Source of the DNA: Pseudomonadota bacterium
Lineage (GTDB): Bacteria > Bdellovibrionota_B > Oligoflexia > Silvanigrellales > Silvanigrellaceae
DNA: 64,000 nucleotides
NCBI GenBank assembly: GCA_039799905.1
Contig: JBDLRP010000006.1
Span: 9,765 to 73,764, forward strand
Reading direction: 5' to 3'
Part shown: piece by piece, positions 39,394 to 47,987 of the stretch
Layout of the letters: each line of letters begins with the position of its first letter
How positions within the stretch are numbered: position 1 is the first letter of the stretch
Notes under the pieces: model-generated
What the model saw: the letters and a program-made list of their open reading frames with translations, nothing else
Database searches by the model: none
Told to the model about the DNA's origin: nothing
Translations under genes and position numbers: made by a program

Positions 39394-41394
39394 TTGACGC
39401 CTGACCACGCCTCATCCAATACAAAACAGACCGACTCAGGCAAACGCGGCCCGTCAGCCCGTACATCCGAGAGACCCTCACACAAATTTCCGATCAGTCA
39501 GTCGCAACGGCCGGCATGGATTACCAAACAGCCGCGCAGTCTGCAGTTTATCTTTTTTGATTTGGAAACGACGGGCGGGAATCCATCAAACAGCGAAGTC
39601 ATCGAGATTGCGGCCATCAAGGAACGTGATGGAAAAGTCATTGGCCGCTTCCAGACGCTCATCAACCCACGCAGACACATTCCGCGGCCGGTGCGAGAAA
39701 TAACGGGCATCGATCAATCCATGGTGCGCGATGCGCCGGTCATCGAGGACGTCATTGACGAGCTCATGGAATTTGTCGGCGACAGCATCCTCGTTTCTCA
39801 CGGCGTGCTGAACGACTTTTCATTTATTGCGCATTACGCGCGCAAGCTGCGGGCAAAAGAGCTTCCGAATTTTTACGTCTGCACGCACTTACTTGTCTCC
39901 AACTTCATGCCCAATATTCCCGTCAAGAGCCTTTCGGGTGTGGCAAGTTACTTCGGGCTTAATGTCGGCAACGCACACCGCGCGATGGCCGACGCTGAAA
40001 TGACGAGAGATGTCTTCTGGGAAATTCAAAAAGTCTGCGAAAAAAATGGATTCAAATCGTTTGAAGATCTGTTGAAGATTCAAGCAGACAATCAAACGCT
40101 CAACCGGCTCGGTCCCGGATTGCTGTCGCATCATGTCGAAAAGGCACCCAGCACCCCCGGGCTGCTTTACCTTTTCAATTCCTCACGTGAAGTTGCCTAT
40201 ATGTCGGCTACGCCGAACATGAGAAAATCGCTCATGAACGTGACCGAACTGAGCGACGAACGCGACTTCAACCGCCTCTTGGTCGATGTAACAGACTTTA
40301 AATTCGAACGAACGGCACACTTTTTGGCAGCGCTACTGCAGGAAAAGAAGGAACTGAAGAAACTCGAATTGTCAGTCGATCCGCGCAAGTTTGAGGGACG
40401 TGCCGACAACACAGTTCAAATTCTCATCCCCGAGGATTTGCTGAACTACTGGATGGAAAATCCTTCGGCACTGCCGTTTTCCGCTCCCGGAAGAACTCAC
40501 AAAGTTCTCGGTGAAGGCTTTCTTTTAGGCGAAGCGCGCGACGAGAACGCCGAAGACTCTGATTCCAATTCAACGTCGCGCATGGGCCTTCCTGCGGAAG
40601 AACGAAACCTTTACGTCTACGCGCATCCCGAAAACAGCGGTCGGGAAGCTCTGCGTGTGCCGATCCGCAAAACCCGCAGGTTGGTCAATGCTGTCAAGAA
40701 TCCAAAATACAAGGTAACCCGCCTGGCCGACAGCAAGCGTTCGGCAGTGCACATGGGGCACCTCGTTTCTGGAACAGGCTGGTTTTTTGGCCCGGTCGAG
40801 CAACCGAAATCGACACGCAAGAAACTCGATGAACTGCTTGTCGTCTGGCCGTTTCATGACCAAACTCTTCCGCTCGAGTCGCGCGCTGACTACCTGACAC
40901 ACGTCATACACGTTCTTCAGGGCAAGTTTGATGAGGAAATCGAGCGCATCGCGAAAAAGAAGAACTCGGTAAAAAGCATCTTTAATCCGCTGATGCGCAG
41001 ACAACTGAACCAAACGATCGAACTCATCAAGGCCTTCAAGAGCGAAGCATACGACCTGCCGTTGACAGCACGTCCGAAATCCGGCCTCGCAGTTCTGACA
41101 AACAACGACACAAAAGAACTCGATGTGGCTATCGTAGTGGGCGGCCGTATCCGCCAGCAACTCAGACTTCCCACCGAAGAGGCCGACAAACTCCGTTCAA
41201 GGCGATTCTTCACCCGTCTTATGTCGCCCTATCACGAAGATTTGTTCCGCGAAGACGATTGCATCGAATTCAACGAAGATGTCTGCAATGATTTAGAGCT
41301 TTTTGCGCATTGGTTTACAAAAAGACGTGGCGAGGGTGAATGGGTCGACTTCGAAACCCTCGCTCCGCTGTACAACCCAGAAACATCAGAATAA
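39394..41394 (+). CDS. DEDDh 3'-5' exonuclease (DnaQ-like) fused to a degenerate UvrC/Cho-like GIY-YIG region
   Basis: FFDLETTG, SHGVLND and AHRAMADAE, then PSTPGLLYLF..VAYMSAT.NMRK and WFFGPV. Start uncertain (TTG 39394 chosen). Confidence 0.8.
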   Translation: MTPDHASSNTKQTDSGKRGPSARTSERPSHKFPISQSQRPAWITKQPRSLQFIFFDLETTGGNPSNSEVIEIAAIKERDGKVIGRFQTLINPRRHIPRPVREITGIDQSMVRDAPVIEDVIDELMEFVGDSILVSHGVLNDFSFIAHYARKLRAKELPNFYVCTHLLVSNFMPNIPVKSLSGVASYFGLNVGNAHRAMADAEMTRDVFWEIQKVCEKNGFKSFEDLLKIQADNQTLNRLGPGLLSHHVEKAPSTPGLLYLFNSSREVAYMSATPNMRKSLMNVTELSDERDFNRLLVDVTDFKFERTAHFLAALLQEKKELKKLELSVDPRKFEGRADNTVQILIPEDLLNYWMENPSALPFSAPGRTHKVLGEGFLLGEARDENAEDSDSNSTSRMGLPAEERNLYVYAHPENSGREALRVPIRKTRRLVNAVKNPKYKVTRLADSKRSAVHMGHLVSGTGWFFGPVEQPKSTRKKLDELLVVWPFHDQTLPLESRADYLTHVIHVLQGKFDEEIERIAKKKNSVKSIFNPLMRRQLNQTIELIKAFKSEAYDLPLTARPKSGLAVLTNNDTKELDVAIVVGGRIRQQLRLPTEEADKLRSRRFFTRLMSPYHEDLFREDDCIEFNEDVCNDLELFAHWFTKRRGEGEWVDFETLAPLYNPETSE

Positions 41395-41472
41395 ACTGCA
41401 CTCCATCACGCTCTCACGGCGTTCGCAGGAACACTGCGCCAACGCCGATGATCGCACTGTCGGAGTTTGCTC

Positions 41473-42585
41473 ATGAATTTTAAAATGAGTTCGATGCTGA
41501 ACGCTCTCTGCCGTTCCGCCCATCGCCTGCTTCTCGTTGTCTCTGCAGTTTCGCCACTCAGTGCGCAATCCAACGAGGTCGCCAAGACACCAAACTCCAC
41601 CGCATCCGCTGCAAACAAAGAGCCGACCCTGACGGCTAATACACTCGATGCAGTTATTGTGACCATTGCAGACGAACCAATGCTGCTCAGCGAGCTCCAG
41701 CGTGCAGTCTTCATCGCAAGCGAAAAGCGGACGCGACTTTCACCGCAGGGACAACTGCTGGGAGGACAACTGTCGACGGCCGATGCCGAGATCATCCTTG
41801 AACAACTCATCAATCAGAAGATCCTTGGAATCCGCGCACGCGAGCTTGGGTTGAATCTCGGCGATGACGAACTCGACTCGGAACTGCGCGCATTCTTGCA
41901 ACAACAGAACATCAGCGAAGATAAATTCCAGGAAATTCTTCAGGCTGAGGGAGAAACGGTCGAATCGCACCGCGAGGAATTCCGCAAACAGGTCGAAACA
42001 CAACGCTTCATCGGGCGCGTTATAAGGCCGCTGGTATCCGTCACCGATGATCAAATCCGCGGCTATTACATGCAGATGAATGCCAACAAAGAAAAATCCC
42101 AGCTGGTCCGCCTGCGCCAACTGAAGATAGATTTTCCATCAGGCCTATCCGAGGAACAGAGACAGGCAAAAATCCGCGTCATTTCCGAAATCCAAAAGGA
42201 TCTCAACAGCGGCAGACCATTTTCCGACCTCGTCCGACTCCATTCAAATGCCAAAGATGCGCAGCAGACAGGCGGCGAAATCCCACCCATTCCGCTCAAA
42301 GAATTGCGTGACGAACTGCGCGTGAAAGTAATGGAGCTCATCAGAGCGCAAGGAAGTGGCGAAAAACCATCGGCATTCATTGGACCTATCGACCTAAAAT
42401 CCTCTGTCTTGTTTTTTGAGTTTCTTGGAACACAGCTGGGTGATCAAAAGGAATATGAAAAGCTCAAGCCTCAGCTGGAAGCAAAGCTACTGGACATCAA
42501 ACTCAGAGAGCGGCTTGATGAATACCTGCGCAACGAGCGTTTGAAAGTGAAAGTCGGCAGACGCGAGATCCGCTTTAGCAGATAA
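41473..42585 (+). CDS. SurA-like periplasmic chaperone / peptidyl-prolyl isomerase
   Basis: Signal peptide, LDAVIVTIADEPMLLSEL, ILEQLINQKIL and parvulin-like FSDLVRLHS...GGEI. Confidence 0.8.
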   Translation: MNFKMSSMLNALCRSAHRLLLVVSAVSPLSAQSNEVAKTPNSTASAANKEPTLTANTLDAVIVTIADEPMLLSELQRAVFIASEKRTRLSPQGQLLGGQLSTADAEIILEQLINQKILGIRARELGLNLGDDELDSELRAFLQQQNISEDKFQEILQAEGETVESHREEFRKQVETQRFIGRVIRPLVSVTDDQIRGYYMQMNANKEKSQLVRLRQLKIDFPSGLSEEQRQAKIRVISEIQKDLNSGRPFSDLVRLHSNAKDAQQTGGEIPPIPLKELRDELRVKVMELIRAQGSGEKPSAFIGPIDLKSSVLFFEFLGTQLGDQKEYEKLKPQLEAKLLDIKLRERLDEYLRNERLKVKVGRREIRFSR

Positions 42586-42586
42586 T

Positions 42587-43705
42587 TTATTTCTTCTTGT
42601 CACCAAAAACCTGCCAGCGTTTTTTCATTTCTGCCGGCGCGGAATTTTCGTCCACCACCTGACTGAGTGGAACACTCTGCGGCGGAGCCGACAGATCGCG
42701 CGCGGTGAATGCGGGATCCACCTCGCTGACCCCGTGTGAATCACGTTCGACCCGAGTGACCCCAATCATTGATTGCGGAAACATCGAATATTCGTGGCCA
42801 TCTCTTGCCACTGAAGGCTGCCCGGCTGCCGCTGACACACTTGTACTGCGCTGCTCTGACTCGCGTCTGGCAGAGTTTGAAAGCGTTTCGGGAACGATCT
42901 CAATCATGCTGAGCGGAACCTCAGTGCTTGAGTAATTTGCGGGGCGATCCGCAGTGTTGTCATCTGGACCAGCCCGACGCGAGCGCTTGATGCGAACGAA
43001 AAGGCCCAGAATGATTCCAGCTCCTACCACCATCGCACCCCAGCGAATCAGTTCTTCTGTTGTCAGTGCTTTTTCTGAGTTGGTTCCTGTCTGGGCGCCC
43101 TTGAAGTCGATGGAAATCATATATGGATAATATAGCTCAAGATTGCGATCGAAATTGAGCCGGTGGTCCGAAAGCGTGATGCGATAGCGAACCTTCTCAT
43201 TTCCAGTGATAAGAATCGCCTGCCCCGCTTCAACGCCATCGGTAGTGAAGGAAACATAATAAAGGAAGGCGCTGCGTCCCGCCGGGAGATCATTGAGAAT
43301 ATTTTTCTGAAAGATCTGAAAGCCTGTTCCCTTGCCATTGTATCGGACAAAACTATCTTCAATTTCCTTCGCGACTTCCTCAAGACCTTCAGGGGTAAAT
43401 GACACAGGCTTGCGCACGGCCGCAACAGTTATGCTCGGGTCCGCAATCATACCTTTGGGCAATTTGATTCTGTCGGCCTTCAGTGAAGGCTTGAGTGTCA
43501 CGGCGTATCTCTGCGACGAAGGTTCGGCCCTCCACTTGGGTGGAATTTTGATTGTAAATTCGAGTCCAGCTTCGCTGTGTTGGTAGACGTCTGTAGAAGC
43601 TGGCGTCGACTGTGAAAAAGCGGGCAGCGCAAAAGACAAGGCCGCTGCAACAAGCAAAGACCAAGCAGTCTTGAACAAAGAATTTTTCAAAACCTCAGAC
43701 GGCAT
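42587..43705 (-). CDS. Hypothetical single-pass membrane protein (exported PsbP-like domain, TM helix, disordered tail)
   Basis: Signal peptide ending AFS, FTIKIPPKW and TM WGAMVVGAGIILGLFV-RIKRSRR. Start overlaps the end of the upstream gene. Confidence 0.65.
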   Translation of the reverse strand: MPSEVLKNSLFKTAWSLLVAAALSFALPAFSQSTPASTDVYQHSEAGLEFTIKIPPKWRAEPSSQRYAVTLKPSLKADRIKLPKGMIADPSITVAAVRKPVSFTPEGLEEVAKEIEDSFVRYNGKGTGFQIFQKNILNDLPAGRSAFLYYVSFTTDGVEAGQAILITGNEKVRYRITLSDHRLNFDRNLELYYPYMISIDFKGAQTGTNSEKALTTEELIRWGAMVVGAGIILGLFVRIKRSRRAGPDDNTADRPANYSSTEVPLSMIEIVPETLSNSARRESEQRSTSVSAAAGQPSVARDGHEYSMFPQSMIGVTRVERDSHGVSEVDPAFTARDLSAPPQSVPLSQVVDENSAPAEMKKRWQVFGDKKK

Positions 43706-45245
43706 ACTGCAGGGCCTCAGGCTGATGGACAAGTCTCAAAGAGCGCTCCACTGCACGCACCACGTCTTCACTTGTCTCGGGATCGACATCGAGAAAGAAC
43801 ACAGGTGATTGCGCAGAAAAATTCTCACATCCAAAAAAGTCGAGCATGGCAGTTGTCTCTCTGCCGAGCTGCAGATCGAGCGGTGTCTCGAGCTCCTGAT
43901 AGCGGCCGACACAAACCGCAAGTCCGTACCGAGAGTCAGGTGTGACGTCACTGAGAGTGCACATGACACCGACCACTTGTTGTTGACCTGTGCGCCAGTC
44001 CTCGCTGCCGAATCGACGCGCAACAAGAACCAGGTCACCCTTGTGCACGGAGTCGGGGCTTCTCATCAGAAGGTTTGCATGTTTGCGAAAATTACCAACG
44101 TCGTTGTCATCAACGGAAAGAATCCATGCGCGCGGCAGGGCTGCTTCAACTGAGGAAGCACTTTTAGCTGTATTTTTTCGCCAGTCATTGGCGTGTCCGG
44201 GTTCGGCAAGTTCGCTCAGAGCAAGGCGCAGAGGCGCTTCGGAAAGACCAAGTTTCTCGGCAGCAACGATTGCGGCTGAAATCGCCTTGACCGCCTCTTC
44301 TCGATGCTCCTCCATCCGGTAGCGTTCGTAAAGGCGCTTGCACAACGCGCCAAATGTCGCGCTGTAGTCATAGTCGTTCTGCTCAAACAAGCTGGCGGAA
44401 GACAGCAAAATATCCCGTGCCGCAAGAAGATCACCGGTCTTTTCGAGGCAACTTGCCAGCGCGATCAATGCATCGGTGTTCTCTGGATTGTCGGCGACGA
44501 GTTCCTGAAGAACACGAACTGCCTCGCTCCAATGCCCTTGTGCGACAGCAAGCCGTGCAGCTCCCCAGAATGGCTCTGGACAGCGCGGGAATCTTTCATG
44601 GATAAGTTCAAACGCGCGCGAAGCTTCCTCAAGATAATCATTTTCCAGCGCATAAATCAGATAATTTCGCGCAAGAAAATAATTTCTGGAATTTCTCACA
44701 TTGAGGGCCTGCAAATATTGCAGACCCTTTTCGCGGCGAAGACGCTGTGGCGATTCGGCATTGAAGACGGCAACCGCCTCTACATGCAGAATGCTCTTTC
44801 GCGCCGATGTTGCATTCAGAGATTTGATGATTTTGCTGCTGAAGCGACGCTCGCCGGAATAGGCAAGCGCCATAACGGCGAGCGGAAGGAAACCCTTCGA
44901 GGAGTGGCGGAGACTGATAAGGTGGCGCGCGAGCGCTTTGAGGCCAGTGAAATTGTATTCACTGCGCAGCGATTCAATCCAGAACCTGTAAAACCGGTAG
45001 GTGGCTCGGAATCCGCAGCCGGCTGCGATGATTCGAGAGGAAAGGTCTTCAACCTGATCCCAAGCTCCCTTCCAGAAGAGTAGCTCGCAGCATCTCGTTG
45101 CGTCCTTCAACTGCTCGACTGTCAGGTGGCCTCTGAGTAGTCCCCGCTCGACACGTTCAAGCAACGGTGCGATCTCCGGATTGAACGTTCCCGACGCACT
45201 GAGATTTGCATGAGGATAAAATCTGTTTCCACGGCGCTCACCCAT
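43695..45245 (-). CDS. TPR protein with a C-terminal EVE/PUA-like domain
   Basis: TPR helices such as WSEAVRVLQELVADNPENTDALIALA, and C-terminal WIL...KGDLVLV...VVGV...SDVTPD...LETPLDL. ATG after AAGGAG. Confidence 0.7.
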   Translation of the reverse strand: MGERRGNRFYPHANLSASGTFNPEIAPLLERVERGLLRGHLTVEQLKDATRCCELLFWKGAWDQVEDLSSRIIAAGCGFRATYRFYRFWIESLRSEYNFTGLKALARHLISLRHSSKGFLPLAVMALAYSGERRFSSKIIKSLNATSARKSILHVEAVAVFNAESPQRLRREKGLQYLQALNVRNSRNYFLARNYLIYALENDYLEEASRAFELIHERFPRCPEPFWGAARLAVAQGHWSEAVRVLQELVADNPENTDALIALASCLEKTGDLLAARDILLSSASLFEQNDYDYSATFGALCKRLYERYRMEEHREEAVKAISAAIVAAEKLGLSEAPLRLALSELAEPGHANDWRKNTAKSASSVEAALPRAWILSVDDNDVGNFRKHANLLMRSPDSVHKGDLVLVARRFGSEDWRTGQQQVVGVMCTLSDVTPDSRYGLAVCVGRYQELETPLDLQLGRETTAMLDFFGCENFSAQSPVFFLDVDPETSEDVVRAVERSLRLVHQPEALQYAV

Positions 45246-45377
45246 ATGTCTCACTCCTTCCGGCTATCCTGAGGATATCAACCGGTGAAACTATCGGTGA
45301 GAAACAAAACTTCACTGAGAGCGTTCACGTCAAAGACATTTGCCGGGATGAAAAGACGGGCAGGCAATTCGGTTCAA

Positions 45378-47840
45378 TCAGAACTCAACAACCTGATCTG
45401 CAAAGCGAAGAAACTCCTCGCGGTTCTCCAGGACGATAAAGCTTGCACCACGGGAAACCATCATGCGCAGAAGTCGGCCGAGTGTGGAAATGTCGGGAGT
45501 GTGCAATCCGGTGCCAGGGTGAAGAAGCAAAAACCATGCTCCTTCAAGTTGAGCTCGGCGCAATTCGAGGGTCAGTGTCAGCCGTTGTAGTTCTCCACCG
45601 CTCAACGAATCCATTCCCTGTCCCAACGTCACATAGCCAAGGCCAAATTCGAGGGCAGCGGCAAGCCTGTTTTCCACAAGCCGGACGTGGGCAAAAAATT
45701 GCCGCGCCTCGTCGAGAGTCAGATTCATGATTTCTGCAAGATTCAGGCCTTTGAATCGGGGAACCAGACTGCGCTGTGCAAGCTTTGTTCCCAAACATTC
45801 CTCACAACTGACTTCTACCGGCGGACCATATCGTTGCGGAATTTCGATGTATCCGCGCCCTTCACAGGATGTGCAGCGCCCGGCTTTTGAATTCCATGAA
45901 AAATGTGATGGTGTCAGGCCCATAATTTGCGCCTGCGGCAACTGAGCAAAGATCTCGCGTATGGGAACAAGAATATCGAGCGCCGCGGCAACTGTGCGCC
46001 TTGATGTGCGCACAAGGCTGCCGGGGCGGACGTCATGGAGCGAATTTACCAGCAGCGGCCCCTCAGGCCGAAGTCGACAGAATTCCAGTTGCCGCGTTTC
46101 AGGCGAATCCATTTCGATAATTTTTTCAAGCGCGGGCCAAACGCACAACTCAAGAAAGGATCCTTTGCCACGCCCCGCCTCGCCGCGGATGAGAGTGAGG
46201 CTTGATTGAGGCAATCGAATGGAGGCCTTGCTCGCCGTGCGTACTTTGATGTTTTCCAGAATAAGTGCCGCTGGTTCGTTTTTTTCAGATGTGTCGGCAG
46301 CCTTGCTCTTACGACCGCGCAAGGGAGCAAGACTTGGCCGCAGAAAATATGATGCCGGATTGTTTTCAACAGTGGACTCGAACAAGGCCTTTTCTTTTGC
46401 AAGTAACATTTTATCGATGTCGGCTTGCCCTTTGAAATGCTCGACAATCCGACCGCCCAGTCGACCCGCACCCGGACCCATCAAAAAAACTTCGTCACAG
46501 TGTTTGAGAAATTGTGGATGATGCTCAACCACAACGACTGACGAGCCGGTTTCGACAAGGTGACGCAGGACAACGACGAGTTGGCCGACCTCGGCACTTG
46601 TGAGCCCCTGACAAGGTTCGTCCATTATATAGAGTGCACCGCGCAGGCGATTGGAAATCATCGAGGCAAGCCTGAGACGCTGCAGATCTCCGGGCGACAA
46701 GCTCCCACCATCGCGGTTGAGATTCAAATGATTCAAACCCAGTTGACACATTGTTTCAACGAGTCTGACGGCTTCGGACAAAACCTGATTTTTTGCGCGC
46801 TGTCCGCCGGCGTCAGTGACAAAAGTACTGTTGAGCTCGAGCAAAAGGTCGGCCAATTTCAACTGGTGCAATTCTTCAAAGCGAAGACTACGCACACGGA
46901 CAATCGGTCGGTTTGGATCAAGCCGCGTGCCCGAACATTTTTTACACGGGTACAGGTCCGCCGGTAATTCCTCATCCTGCGCGCCGGTGCCGGCACATGT
47001 TCCGCACTGTGCAAGCGACGAGTGGCTGAAGTAGCGGGGATCCAGACGTGGAGCACTTTCTCCGCACTGAGGACATGCTGATTTGGTATTGAATTTTTCA
47101 AATGCTGACTTGTTCTCGATCTTGACAACGCCCTTGCCGTATTCGATCGCCTGCGAAACAGCGCGTTCGAGTCGAGCCTGCCGTTCAGGAACAACCTGGA
47201 CGGCATCAATCAAAACCTCAATGGTGTTGAGCTTCTTTGCATCAATAGTGATTTTTTGATCGTCATCCTGAAGGGAATAGCTCTCTCCGTTGATACGAAT
47301 GCGCGAAAAACCGAGTTGGCGAAATTTCTCAATTTCACTTCCGAATGCACCCTTGCGCTTTTCTACAATAGGAGCCGTGATGGTTATTTTTTCGCCGCTA
47401 TACAGCTCAGAGATTTTCGCCATCAATTCACGGAATGTCGTGGCCCGCAGCGGAATGTCACAGTTGCGACAATGAACGTCACCAAAAGCTGCAAAGTAAA
47501 CACGCAACAGATCGCTCACACCTGAGATTGTTCCGACCGTTGAGAGCTTTCCTGCGACGCCCTGACGCTGCGACAAACCCAGAGCTGGCGGCAGACCGCG
47601 GATGGCGCGAAATTTGGGGCGGACCGTTCTCGACCAAAAGGAATGCCCCATCAGCTGGACAGGTGCATGGCTAGCGTCGGCGAACCGGCGAAATGCTTCA
47701 ACATAAAGCGTATCAAAGACGAGACTCGATTTTCCCGACCCGCTGACACCCGTGAAGGCAATGAGCTTGTTCTTGGGAATTCCGACATCGACGGACTGCA
47801 AATTGTGCTCATGTGCACCTTTTACCTCGATCGTCTGCAT
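45378..47840 (-). CDS. UvrA-like ABC ATPase, divergent
   Basis: KGAHEHNL, TGVSGSGKSSL, STVGTIS, Zn-finger cysteine pairs, FSWNSKAGRC and LGLGYVTLGQ..LSGGELQR. Confidence 0.9.
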   Translation of the reverse strand: MQTIEVKGAHEHNLQSVDVGIPKNKLIAFTGVSGSGKSSLVFDTLYVEAFRRFADASHAPVQLMGHSFWSRTVRPKFRAIRGLPPALGLSQRQGVAGKLSTVGTISGVSDLLRVYFAAFGDVHCRNCDIPLRATTFRELMAKISELYSGEKITITAPIVEKRKGAFGSEIEKFRQLGFSRIRINGESYSLQDDDQKITIDAKKLNTIEVLIDAVQVVPERQARLERAVSQAIEYGKGVVKIENKSAFEKFNTKSACPQCGESAPRLDPRYFSHSSLAQCGTCAGTGAQDEELPADLYPCKKCSGTRLDPNRPIVRVRSLRFEELHQLKLADLLLELNSTFVTDAGGQRAKNQVLSEAVRLVETMCQLGLNHLNLNRDGGSLSPGDLQRLRLASMISNRLRGALYIMDEPCQGLTSAEVGQLVVVLRHLVETGSSVVVVEHHPQFLKHCDEVFLMGPGAGRLGGRIVEHFKGQADIDKMLLAKEKALFESTVENNPASYFLRPSLAPLRGRKSKAADTSEKNEPAALILENIKVRTASKASIRLPQSSLTLIRGEAGRGKGSFLELCVWPALEKIIEMDSPETRQLEFCRLRPEGPLLVNSLHDVRPGSLVRTSRRTVAAALDILVPIREIFAQLPQAQIMGLTPSHFSWNSKAGRCTSCEGRGYIEIPQRYGPPVEVSCEECLGTKLAQRSLVPRFKGLNLAEIMNLTLDEARQFFAHVRLVENRLAAALEFGLGYVTLGQGMDSLSGGELQRLTLTLELRRAQLEGAWFLLLHPGTGLHTPDISTLGRLLRMMVSRGASFIVLENREEFLRFADQVVEF

Positions 47841-47987
47841 TTTGCCTGTTTCCTCCGCCGTCCCAACATTGACGCTGTGCGCACTATATCAGAGTCGGGT
47901 ACGATTGAAGTGTCTCCCGAGGGGAGAATTATTGGGGCGTTGTAACGGAGGCTCTGCTGTCCGGTATGACCAGAGACGGATAAAAAA

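Noticed and set aside
45291..45320. sigma28-like site before the TPR-EVE gene (TGAAG..ACCGATAG)
   Set aside because: The spacer is 11 nt rather than 14; only the -10 element matches.
47841..47987. LexA box upstream of the UvrA-like gene
   Set aside because: The CTG..CAG pairs have 11-12 nt spacers, not 10; I recognised no other SOS motif.
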